Shown here one piece after another: positions 1-9,266 of a DNA stretch of 64,000 nt. The stretch lies in IMG/VR virus record IMGVR_UViG_3300023180_006024, one strand, 5' to 3'. The translations under genes and the position numbers were made by a program. The DNA is from a virus. Positions within the stretch are counted from its first letter, which is position 1. Each line of letters opens with the position of its first letter. The notes under the pieces were generated by a model. It worked only from the letters and a program-made list of their open reading frames with translations, was not told where the DNA came from and searched no databases.

Positions 1-284
1 CTAATGGCGAAGCATTTGGTAGTGGTATAACATTTCCTACAAATACGCATGTTGGCGATTATTTTTTACGCACTGACTTTTTGCCGAATAGACTATTTAG
101 ATATGATGGAAGTAGATGGGTAAAAATGGAAGATGCAGTAAGACATACACTTTCTAACAGCGATACAAGAAATACACAGCGCACAGGATTTGTTAATAAC
201 ACTAACGAAAGTAATATAGCAGGCGATACTGTAAAAGAAAGACAGAGCTTGAGTAAAGCACTCAAACCAAAGGCAGATAACTAA
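1..284 (+). CDS. C-terminal part of a probable neck/head-completion protein (gp14-like), 5'-truncated by the window
   Basis: The frame is open from nt 3 (NGEAFGSGITFPTNTHVGDYFLRTDFLPNRLFRYDGSRW...) to TAA at 284, which overlaps the ATG of the gp15-like gene. Function inferred from position only. Confidence 0.55.
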   Translation, partial: NGEAFGSGITFPTNTHVGDYFLRTDFLPNRLFRYDGSRWVKMEDAVRHTLSNSDTRNTQRTGFVNNTNESNIAGDTVKERQSLSKALKPKADN

Positions 285-1771
285 TGCAACATTTTTATGA
301 TGGACAGATTAGACGTTACATAACTCAAATTGTTAGATTGATGAGCGGATTTACCTATAAAACTAACGATGGAACTATATCAAGTATTCCTGTGATGTAC
401 GGAGATATCACTAGACAAGTTGCCAACATCATAAGAGAAAATAGTGAAAATAAACTTCCATCGGTGCCACGCATAAGTGTTTATGTGACAAATTTAGAAA
501 TGGACAGAAGTCGCTCAAGTGACGCAACATTTGTCAGTAAAATGAATATTAGAGAACGAGCATACGATAGTGATAATAATGAATATTTAAATACTCAAGG
601 TAAAAACTATACTATTGAACGTCCTATGCCAAGTCCATATACACTAGGAGTAGCAGTTGATATATGGACAAGTAACACTGATCAAAAGTTACAAATATTA
701 GAACAAATACTGATGTTATTTAATCCTAGTTTAGAAATACAAACAACAGATAACTATGTTGACTGGACTAGTTTAAGTGTAGTAAATCTAGATAGAGTAA
801 ACTTTAGTAATAGAACTATACCAGTAGGTGTTGATAGCGAAATAGATGTAAGTTCGTTAGAGTTTAGTACACCTATATATATTAGCTTACCAGTAAAGGT
901 AAAAAAGTTAGGCGTTGTAACAAATATTATTGCAAACATATTTAATGAAGCAACAGGAGATATTGACTTAGGCCAAAGTATGCCTGTACTTAGTGCATAT
1001 AGCGAAACTCCGCATCCTATTGAAAAAGTTGCAGATAGCAATCTTGATACAACAACAAGGGTAGACGATGTAACAAATAATAGAGTAACAACTTCAACAA
1101 CATTTAGAGATTATGGTGTTTATATTTTAGGAAATACTGCACAACTTGTTGATGGAAGAGATGTTGGCACTCATAACTGGAGAGAAGTCATTGAAGCATA
1201 TCCGGGGCAATATGTTGCAGATGTATCTAAAATAACATTACGTAAAGATAATACAGATAGTTTAATAGTTGGTACATTTACATTAAATGCAGTAAATGAG
1301 ACAAAACTTACTATAAACTGGGATTCAGATACTTTGCCAACAGGAGACGTAATAGAAGGACCTGCACGTAGTTCAAATAGTTTAACAAGCATAGATAAAA
1401 TAGTAGACCCATATAACTATAATCCAGCAACTGATAAAACTAGTGGATTTAGAGTATTGATATTAGATGATATAAATCCTAGCGATAATGTAGGACAGAA
1501 TGTAGGAGATACTCCATATAACTTTGCTTATGACGGGCCCGATGCATGGAAAAATGATGACGGTACAGATTTTGTTGCAGGAAAAAATGATATTATTGAA
1601 TGGGATGGTGCAAAATGGCACGTTGTATTTGATGCTAGTGCTACAACAACATTTACTAATACACAAAATCTTACAACTAATATTATCTACAAATGGACAG
1701 GCAGCGAATGGATACAAGCATATGAAGGCGAATATTCACATGGTAACTGGAATATCCAACTCGGTGGATAA
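284..1771 (+). CDS. Tail sheath stabiliser / tail terminator (T4 gp15-like) with C-terminal extension
   Basis: The N-terminus MQHFYDGQIRRYITQIVRLMSGF and IPVMYG...LPSVPRIS...QILEQILMLFNP resemble the T4 gp15 family. Confidence 0.75.
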   Translation: MQHFYDGQIRRYITQIVRLMSGFTYKTNDGTISSIPVMYGDITRQVANIIRENSENKLPSVPRISVYVTNLEMDRSRSSDATFVSKMNIRERAYDSDNNEYLNTQGKNYTIERPMPSPYTLGVAVDIWTSNTDQKLQILEQILMLFNPSLEIQTTDNYVDWTSLSVVNLDRVNFSNRTIPVGVDSEIDVSSLEFSTPIYISLPVKVKKLGVVTNIIANIFNEATGDIDLGQSMPVLSAYSETPHPIEKVADSNLDTTTRVDDVTNNRVTTSTTFRDYGVYILGNTAQLVDGRDVGTHNWREVIEAYPGQYVADVSKITLRKDNTDSLIVGTFTLNAVNETKLTINWDSDTLPTGDVIEGPARSSNSLTSIDKIVDPYNYNPATDKTSGFRVLILDDINPSDNVGQNVGDTPYNFAYDGPDAWKNDDGTDFVAGKNDIIEWDGAKWHVVFDASATTTFTNTQNLTTNIIYKWTGSEWIQAYEGEYSHGNWNIQLGG

Positions 1772-1779
1772 CTATTTGT

Positions 1780-2214
1780 ATGAAAAAGATAGTATGTAGT
1801 GGAGCTCTATTCTATACTCTCAACACTAGTAGATTTTTACTTTTACACAGAACTGCCAGTAAACATAATAATGTTTGGGGTTTAGTAGGCGGTACAAACG
1901 AAGAAAAAGAAACTCCATTTGAAGGTTTAACTAGAGAAATAGAAGAAGAAATAGGCTTCCTTCCTGAAATAAAAAAGACAATGCCTTTAGAAACATTTAT
2001 TAGTAAAGATGATCATTTTCATTTTCACACATATTTGTGCGTTGTAGAAAAAGAGTTTATTCCAAATCTAAATAATGAACATGATGGATATGCATGGGTA
2101 AGTTTTAGCAAATGGCCTAAACCATTACATCAAGGACTGACTAACACGCTTAGAAATAAAACGAATCAAAGAAAACTACAAACTGTTTTTGAAGTTGTCA
2201 AACTGTTGTCTTAA
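1780..2214 (+). CDS. NUDIX hydrolase
   Basis: Nudix box GGTNEEKETPFEGLTREIEEEIGF; downstream LNNEHDGYAW. Confidence 0.9.
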   Translation: MKKIVCSGALFYTLNTSRFLLLHRTASKHNNVWGLVGGTNEEKETPFEGLTREIEEEIGFLPEIKKTMPLETFISKDDHFHFHTYLCVVEKEFIPNLNNEHDGYAWVSFSKWPKPLHQGLTNTLRNKTNQRKLQTVFEVVKLLS

Positions 2215-5200
2215 CCAATCAAAATCATTGATTTTGCGCAATGCTTCAAGATTGCCTCTATTATTTTCACCGTATTTTTTGCCGTGAATAGCACCACTAA
2301 TCGCTGCATCACCAAACAACTTATCTTTACCTCTTGTACACCAAGCATTTAATCTAAACTCGGTTTCATCGTCAAGTTGTCCGTCAATTGCTCTTGCACT
2401 TAATTTTACACATTCACGGAAGGCACTACGCCACGTACTAAACTCGTCTGTATTAAACTTGGTAATATTGGATACTCTATTAACAGTTTTAAACAACGGA
2501 CTAATGCTTGTAGTCATATCAGGCTTGCTTGTGTCCATGTTAATAGTAAGATCTCTTGGTAATAGTTTTACAGCACCATAACCATATATTAATCCATTAA
2601 TAGGATTTTGTGACTTCCACACATGCACAGTTTTTCTACTGTCAGGATCATATGCAGGTACATAGTAATCAAAGTTAAAGTTGTCAACAATTTGAGCATC
2701 TGCGTCTACAATCCAAATCATATCTGTTTCAGCTGTTTGTGCTGCCATAATATGAGCTTGGTGTATACCTTCAACTCCATGCACCCTATGTATAGTTCTT
2801 TCAGGAAACTTTTGTAATAAGTTTTCAAAGTTTTCATTTGCATGTTCTTCATCTTTACTAATAAACACAATATCATAAAGAGTTGGATAACTTGCAATAA
2901 CTTCGTGTTGTTTCTTATTTGTTAAGAAACGCATGTTTATTTCTCGCTCAGTAACCGGAACTTTTTTGCTTACAAGACTAATGCCGTCCCACGCATCGCC
3001 GTTTTTAAATACATGATTTGTATTTCTTTCAAACCATTGATTATGAGAAAAATACATATCAAAATCAAAGTTATCTGCAATATTTACTTCAGGCGGAATC
3101 ATCCAAAACATTTCTGTTTTTGATTTTTTGAGAGCATGTTCGTAATCACTGTAGGTGTTGATTATAAACTTTTCGTATTTAATTGGGCCACTAGCAACAA
3201 TATTCCATTCTTTTCTTTTAGCAACTAGTCTATGCTCAATCTCTTTTTGTGTTAAAGGTGAACGTTTTGTCAGCAAGAATAAGCCATTGTGTAAATCTTC
3301 GTTATTTACTTTGTGTACAAATGTATGATTAATACTTCTATCATAACTGTTATGATGACTAAAATACATAGTCAAATCAAAGTCGTTGTTTATTTTAATA
3401 TTAGGAGTAGTTGCCCAAAACATTTCGGTGCTCGAATCTTCTATAGCTTCAAGATAATCATCGTATGTTTCGATATTAAATATATCATACGGTTTAGGCT
3501 TACTTACTACTGTTTCCCATTTTTTACTATTTGCGTAAAATCTATTTTCTACTTCTTTCCTAGTAACAGGACTATGTTTTGTAAACAAAACAACACCGTC
3601 ATAATGTTCCCCATTTAAAAATACATGATTTGTTTCTCTGTCATACCTATTATCATGAGAAAAATAAATGTCAAAATCAAAGTCTAAAATATCTAGATCG
3701 CTTGGTACACCCCAGAACATTTCAGTTTTACATGTATCTAATGCAGTTAAATAATCATCATAACTATTGATAGTAAACTTGTTATACATTACGGATTTAC
3801 TTGCAACAGTATTCCATTCTTTGCCTGCGAGCAAGTGTCTATATTCAACTTCACGCTGTGTTACTGGTCTGTGCTTGCTAAACAAAAATAATCCATTACG
3901 TAGTTTTTTATCACCAACTTGATGAATAAAACTATGATTTTGTTTTCTGTCATAGTCATTATCGTGGCTGAAGTAAATGTTAAAGTCAAAATCGCTTGTA
4001 TCTATGTTATTACTGCATCCCCAAAACATCTCAGTATTAGACGATTCTAATGCATTAACATAATCCATGTAAGTTTCAATATTGAACTTATCGTACACAA
4101 CTTTTGTACTTGCTTCAATATCCCATTCTTTAGCGTTTACTATATGTCTATATAATATTTCTTTTTCAGTAACAGGTGTATGTTTACTGAGTAAAAACAA
4201 ACCATTATACATTTTTTTGCCATCTACATTATGAATAAATGCATGATTTGTTTTACGATCGTATTCATTATTCCAATCAAAAACTATACTAAAATCAAAG
4301 TTATCTGTATTAATGTTATGTGTTTTTGCCCAAAATAGTTCTGTTTTTGTGTTATCTACAGCAACTAGATAATCTTCATATGTATCAATATTGAATATAT
4401 CGTATTGTTTAGATTCACTTAAAATAATATCCCATTCTTTTCTTTTTACAATATGTTTATGTTCAACTTCTTTTTCTGTAACCGGAGAATGTTTACTGTA
4501 AAGTATTACTCCATTATAACTTGTTTGATTACCTTTGTGTAAGAACTGATGGTTAGTGTTTCTGTCATACTCGTTGTCATGAGTAAAATAAATATCTAAC
4601 GGTGCACATAACTTTGTATAACTCGATAAACCCCAGAACATTTCTGTTTGAGTTTTACTAAATGCTTCAACATAATCATCGTATGTATCAATAACAAAAC
4701 TATCGTATTGTTTTGCTTTTGTGCAAGGACTTTTCCATTGTTTCACATCTATGATATGTCTATATTCGATTTCTTTACTTGTAATAGGTTTGTTAATACT
4801 TAGAAGAAAAATACCATTATACTTGTCATCACAATGCAAAAAGGCATGATTCATATTTCGATCAAATACGTTGTCATGACTAAAATACAAACTATAATCA
4901 AAGTTAGAATCATCAACGTTTCTAGACGTAGCCCAAAACATTTCTGTTGTTGAGTTATCTAATGCTTCAAGATAATCGTCATAACTTTCAACAATAAACT
5001 TATCATAAGTTTTTGGTTTACTTGCTACAATATCCCAATACTTACATTCAGCAATGTGTCTATACTGGATTTCTTTTTCTGTTACAGGCTTGTTTATACT
5101 CATCAAAAACAAGCCATTGTATAGTTGTTCGTCTTTTACTTCATGTATAAATGCATGATTAATATTTCTATCATATTCGTTATCATGTGTAAAATAAATG

Positions 5201-8200
5201 TCAAAGTCAAAATCACTTGTATCGATATTTTTACTTGTCATCCAAAACATTTCAGTTTCGCATGTATCCATTGCAAACTTGTAATCTTGCCAGCTATCAA
5301 CTGTGTAAACTTCGTATTTTTTAGGTCCACTAGCAACAATATCCCATTCTTTTCGATTTACTAAAAACCTGTGTTCTACTTCTTTTTTACTAATAGGACA
5401 ATGTCTACTGATTAAAAATAAACCGTTATAATATTCTTTATCATCAACTACATGTTTAAATGCATGATTTATTTTTCTATCATACTGATTGTCATGACTA
5501 AAATAAACACTTGAAAAATCAAAATCACTAGTATCAATATTAGCACTACTCATCCAAAACATTTCTGGACCGTTATTATAAAATGCCATTTCGTAATCTT
5601 CAAAACTATCCACAATATACAAAGGATATGTGATAGGCTTACTTGCTATTGTTAGCCATTCTTTGACATTAATAATATGTCTATACTCTAACTCTTTAGG
5701 TGTAATAGGAGAATGCTTACTTAATAAGAATAATCCGTTGTAGAGAATATTACCATCTACGCCATGAGCAAATGCATGGTTGTGTGTTCTGTCATATGTA
5801 TTATCATGAGTAAAATAGATACTAGAAAAATCAAAACTACTTGTGTCTATATTTTCACTATCTGCCCAAAATAACTCCGTTGTGCTTTTTTCAAGTGCAA
5901 TTTTATAATCTTCATATGTTTCGATTATAAACTTGTCATATTGTTTTGCACCACTTGCAACAATATTCCAATGCTTTACATTTATTAAATGTCTGTACTC
6001 AATTTCTTTTTCAGTAACTATACAGTTCTTTGAAAATAAAAATATACCATTGTAAAAATCTTCATTGTCTACTCTGTGAATAAATGCATGATTAATATTT
6101 CTATCATATGTATTGTCATGAGAAAAGTATAAATCTTTTACCATGCCACTATAAAAGTCAACGTTGTTTGTTACACCCCAAAACATTTCTGTTTTTGTAT
6201 TTTCTAGTGCATTTAAATAATCTTGATATGTTTCTACAACAAACTCGTCGTATATCACAGGCTTACTTGCAATAATATTCCATTCTTTACGTTTTAGTAA
6301 GTGTTTGTGCTCAATCTCTTTTTGACTAACAGGATTGTGTATACTCATTAACCACAACCCATTATACAAGTCTTTGCCATTTACTTGATGTATAAATGCA
6401 TGATTTGTTTTACGATCATATTCGTTACTATGTTCAAAATACTGATTAAAATCAAAATCTATACTAATATTAGGAGATGTTGCATAAAACATTTCTGTTT
6501 TTGTATTATCTAAAGCATATAGATAATCTTCATATGTTTCAACATTAAAAATATCATAGGATACTGCGGTACTTAAAACAACATCCCATTCTTTACGTTT
6601 AGCAACAAATCTATGTTCGACTTCTTTTTTTGTAAGTTTTTTATTTTTGTTTATAAGATATAAACCTGTGCGGAAAGTATCATTATTTGCAGCATGTAAA
6701 AAACTATGATGTTGATTTCTATCTATTACACTGTGGTAGCTGATATAAAAGTTTTCAATAACATCATAATCTAGGATATTGAGATTTTTACTGCTCATCC
6801 AAAACAAGTCTGTTGTTGTATTTTCCACTGCATCTAAGTAATCTTGATAGTTGTCTACTTCAAAAATATCATAAGATTTTGGAAAACTTGCAACAATATT
6901 GTGCTCTTTCTTTTTTACAAAAAACCTATTGTTTATTTCTTTTTCGCTTAATGACACATTTTTACTAAGCAAGGCAATACCGTCATACATGTCATTGTTC
7001 AAAAATACATGCGTGATGTTTCTATCGTATTGATTGTGATAATTAAAGTATAAATCAAACTCAAAATCTGATTTAACAACAACATCATCAGGCACTGCCC
7101 AGAACATCTCTGTTGAACTACGCTCTAATGCTAGTTTGTAATCATCGTAGTTATTGACTACAAACTGATCAAACTTTTTTGGGCGGCTTGCTACCACCTC
7201 GTGCTCTTTTTTATGAGTGTAAAATCTATGTTCAAACTCTTTTTTAGAAACTTTAGCGTTTTTTGAAAACAGTGCAATACCGTCGTAACTTTGATCATTT
7301 AAAAAGACATGATTGATGTTGCGGTCAAACTTTACATGATGATCAAAGTATAAACCAAAATCAAAGTCGTCGTCTACTTCTACATCATTTGGAACATACC
7401 AAAACATTTCAGTTTTACTATTTTCTAATGCATGTAAATAATCATCATAACTGTTAATAATAGGTTTATCATAAGGTACAGGATTACTTGCAAGTATTTT
7501 TACTTCTTTTTTATTGATGTAAAATCTATGATCAACTTCTTTATCGGTTAGTTCATAAAATTTTGGTAAAAGAACAATACCATCTTGGCTGTCTCCGTTT
7601 CTAAACATATGAGCATATTTTTGACTCCAGTCGTCTGGCTGATATGAAAACTTGAAAATAGGAGTCACGTCAATATCATCTGGTACGATCCATAACATAT
7701 CAGTTTCACTCAATGCTTGTGCTGTATCAATAGCATCTACACATTGTGCATGTGGAAATCTATCAAGCAGTTTTTTATATTGTGTAGAGTTTTCATCTCC
7801 AATAAAAAACAAATCAAACTGCGATTTTCCTTGATAAACGTCATAAACTCCTGCAATATGATCGTGTTTTTCTCTAAGTTCAGTTGTAAATCTAGTAGGA
7901 CACAACTTACACCATTCATAGGTTTTTATTCTGTGACTAGATTTATAAACATAAGGAAATACTTGTACTTTTCCTTTTGCAGTTGGCCGAACATATAAAG
8001 GAAATGTGTCTAGTAAGTCTAAATCTTCATGTATAATCCATACCCACTCTGCTTGGTCTTTGTATTGTAATGCTTGAGTTTCGTCTTCTGGATTATCTGT
8101 CCTGTGAATAGGCCAGGTGTTTAAAAAATGATTTTTTAAAACGTCTTGACCATTATATACCTTTTTTCCAAATTTTTCAAACTTATCAAATGCTGTGCTC

Positions 8201-8202
8201 AT
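2176..8202 (-). CDS. Giant repeat protein (2008 aa) with a C-terminal GT-A-like glycosyltransferase domain
   Basis: 15 tandem ~102-aa repeats, then YDIVFIS...GIHQAH...TDMIWIVDAD (DxD)...GYGAVKL...WRSAFRE. Confidence 0.75.
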   Translation of the reverse strand: MSTAFDKFEKFGKKVYNGQDVLKNHFLNTWPIHRTDNPEDETQALQYKDQAEWVWIIHEDLDLLDTFPLYVRPTAKGKVQVFPYVYKSSHRIKTYEWCKLCPTRFTTELREKHDHIAGVYDVYQGKSQFDLFFIGDENSTQYKKLLDRFPHAQCVDAIDTAQALSETDMLWIVPDDIDVTPIFKFSYQPDDWSQKYAHMFRNGDSQDGIVLLPKFYELTDKEVDHRFYINKKEVKILASNPVPYDKPIINSYDDYLHALENSKTEMFWYVPNDVEVDDDFDFGLYFDHHVKFDRNINHVFLNDQSYDGIALFSKNAKVSKKEFEHRFYTHKKEHEVVASRPKKFDQFVVNNYDDYKLALERSSTEMFWAVPDDVVVKSDFEFDLYFNYHNQYDRNITHVFLNNDMYDGIALLSKNVSLSEKEINNRFFVKKKEHNIVASFPKSYDIFEVDNYQDYLDAVENTTTDLFWMSSKNLNILDYDVIENFYISYHSVIDRNQHHSFLHAANNDTFRTGLYLINKNKKLTKKEVEHRFVAKRKEWDVVLSTAVSYDIFNVETYEDYLYALDNTKTEMFYATSPNISIDFDFNQYFEHSNEYDRKTNHAFIHQVNGKDLYNGLWLMSIHNPVSQKEIEHKHLLKRKEWNIIASKPVIYDEFVVETYQDYLNALENTKTEMFWGVTNNVDFYSGMVKDLYFSHDNTYDRNINHAFIHRVDNEDFYNGIFLFSKNCIVTEKEIEYRHLINVKHWNIVASGAKQYDKFIIETYEDYKIALEKSTTELFWADSENIDTSSFDFSSIYFTHDNTYDRTHNHAFAHGVDGNILYNGLFLLSKHSPITPKELEYRHIINVKEWLTIASKPITYPLYIVDSFEDYEMAFYNNGPEMFWMSSANIDTSDFDFSSVYFSHDNQYDRKINHAFKHVVDDKEYYNGLFLISRHCPISKKEVEHRFLVNRKEWDIVASGPKKYEVYTVDSWQDYKFAMDTCETEMFWMTSKNIDTSDFDFDIYFTHDNEYDRNINHAFIHEVKDEQLYNGLFLMSINKPVTEKEIQYRHIAECKYWDIVASKPKTYDKFIVESYDDYLEALDNSTTEMFWATSRNVDDSNFDYSLYFSHDNVFDRNMNHAFLHCDDKYNGIFLLSINKPITSKEIEYRHIIDVKQWKSPCTKAKQYDSFVIDTYDDYVEAFSKTQTEMFWGLSSYTKLCAPLDIYFTHDNEYDRNTNHQFLHKGNQTSYNGVILYSKHSPVTEKEVEHKHIVKRKEWDIILSESKQYDIFNIDTYEDYLVAVDNTKTELFWAKTHNINTDNFDFSIVFDWNNEYDRKTNHAFIHNVDGKKMYNGLFLLSKHTPVTEKEILYRHIVNAKEWDIEASTKVVYDKFNIETYMDYVNALESSNTEMFWGCSNNIDTSDFDFNIYFSHDNDYDRKQNHSFIHQVGDKKLRNGLFLFSKHRPVTQREVEYRHLLAGKEWNTVASKSVMYNKFTINSYDDYLTALDTCKTEMFWGVPSDLDILDFDFDIYFSHDNRYDRETNHVFLNGEHYDGVVLFTKHSPVTRKEVENRFYANSKKWETVVSKPKPYDIFNIETYDDYLEAIEDSSTEMFWATTPNIKINNDFDLTMYFSHHNSYDRSINHTFVHKVNNEDLHNGLFLLTKRSPLTQKEIEHRLVAKRKEWNIVASGPIKYEKFIINTYSDYEHALKKSKTEMFWMIPPEVNIADNFDFDMYFSHNQWFERNTNHVFKNGDAWDGISLVSKKVPVTEREINMRFLTNKKQHEVIASYPTLYDIVFISKDEEHANENFENLLQKFPERTIHRVHGVEGIHQAHIMAAQTAETDMIWIVDADAQIVDNFNFDYYVPAYDPDSRKTVHVWKSQNPINGLIYGYGAVKLLPRDLTINMDTSKPDMTTSISPLFKTVNRVSNITKFNTDEFSTWRSAFRECVKLSARAIDGQLDDETEFRLNAWCTRGKDKLFGDAAISGAIHGKKYGENNRGNLEALRKINDFDWLRQQFDNFKNSL
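2878..7473 (-). repeat. 15 tandem ~306-nt (~102-aa) intragenic repeats
   Basis: Recurring consensus YDxFxIxTYxDYLxALxxxxTEMFW...FDFxxYFSHDNxYDRxxNHxF...YNGLFLxSK...TxKExEHR...KEWxIVAS, counted by eye. Confidence 0.95.
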
Positions 8203-8801
8203 TGTAAATCTTTTAACCTAAATGATTTTGTTCCGTAATGTGCTATTTCTTGACTTAGAGCTGCATCTACATAGATTTCAAATCCAGCGTCATTTGCGTT
8301 TTTACAGAAAAAAATATCTTCGCCGCTTAAATCTTTTGTATCTTCGTTGTACAAATACTGATGATACGGTTTAGAAATATATTTATATACATGTGTTTTT
8401 ACCAACATACAGCCCATAGCAACTGCCCAAATTTTATGTAAACCTTGGTGTGCATCTAATCTTACATTTAGATTGCTTGAATCGGGCCAAGCAGTGATAT
8501 TGTATGGCGGTACTCTTGTGCTGTATGCTGCTGCAACAATATCTTTATCATGCTCTAATAAAGTGTTTATTGTTGCAGAAGGTACATGCATGTCACTATC
8601 TAACCACATAATATGTGTAGCATCATACTCTAAGGCTTGATCTACTAATGTGTTTCTTTGCTGAGGTATAACCGAACCTAAGTTAATAAAGATTTTAAAA
8701 TCAATGTTATTTTTTGTCAACAAAGAAGAAATATTAGATAAACTTAGTGCAAATCCTGCATGAACATAGTCTCGTGCAGGCACACATATTGCTACTTTCA
8801 T
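8199..8801 (-). CDS. GT2/GT-A family glycosyltransferase
   Basis: MKVAICVP...QRNTLV...HIMWLDSDM (DxD)...MGCMLVK...SGEDIFFC. Confidence 0.8.
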   Translation of the reverse strand: MKVAICVPARDYVHAGFALSLSNISSLLTKNNIDFKIFINLGSVIPQQRNTLVDQALEYDATHIMWLDSDMHVPSATINTLLEHDKDIVAAAYSTRVPPYNITAWPDSSNLNVRLDAHQGLHKIWAVAMGCMLVKTHVYKYISKPYHQYLYNEDTKDLSGEDIFFCKNANDAGFEIYVDAALSQEIAHYGTKSFRLKDLQ

Positions 8802-9208
8802 TAGACGATTTCTTCAGAAATAGTATCCAAGTTAAGTTGTTTTTCAGCACCAATAGTGCTTTCGTTTAGATCTCTTGCTTTGCCTACAGCAATCTTAACT
8901 GCTTCTTTAAAATCTTCACTAGGAAGAGAACTCATTACAACCATATTTTCAGGTTGAACTTTACCTAAAGTTAATAAGTCTGCTGCTGCTTTGTGTGCAA
9001 TGACGTTAATCCAATGAGTTCTGTCGTCTTGTTCTACACGATCAGGATGATTTACCTCAGCTTCTGATTCGCCACCTAAAATAGATTCTACAATCTCATT
9101 ATAAATGTCTTCATCTTCTAGGTTTAGTGAATCTAGTTTAAGTAGCTTTCTAGATTTGCTAAACTCCGTAGAAAGTTCAACATTGAGTATTTGGTATTTT
9201 GAATACAT
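8801..9208 (-). CDS. Hypothetical protein, first gene of the glycosyltransferase operon
   Basis: Open ORF. GGAG 6 nt upstream of the ATG at 9208 favours this start over 9220. Its stop overlaps the next start. Confidence 0.7.
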   Translation of the reverse strand: MYSKYQILNVELSTEFSKSRKLLKLDSLNLEDEDIYNEIVESILGGESEAEVNHPDRVEQDDRTHWINVIAHKAAADLLTLGKVQPENMVVMSSLPSEDFKEAVKIAVGKARDLNESTIGAEKQLNLDTISEEIV

Positions 9209-9230
9209 GTATATCTCCATTATTTGTTAT

Positions 9231-9259
9231 AATATATATAACTAAGTTTGTTTTGTCAA
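9231..9259 (-). promoter_or_regulatory. Sigma70-like promoter for the glycosyltransferase operon
   Basis: TTGACA-N17-TATATT on the minus strand. Confidence 0.75.
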
Positions 9260-9266
9260 GTGATTT

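Noticed and set aside
2878-7473. Recurring DNA motifs (e.g. CCAAAACATTTC, TGCATGATT) that could suggest a CRISPR array
   Set aside because: The period is ~306 nt, the copies are degenerate and in frame, and they are protein repeats. No cas genes are present.
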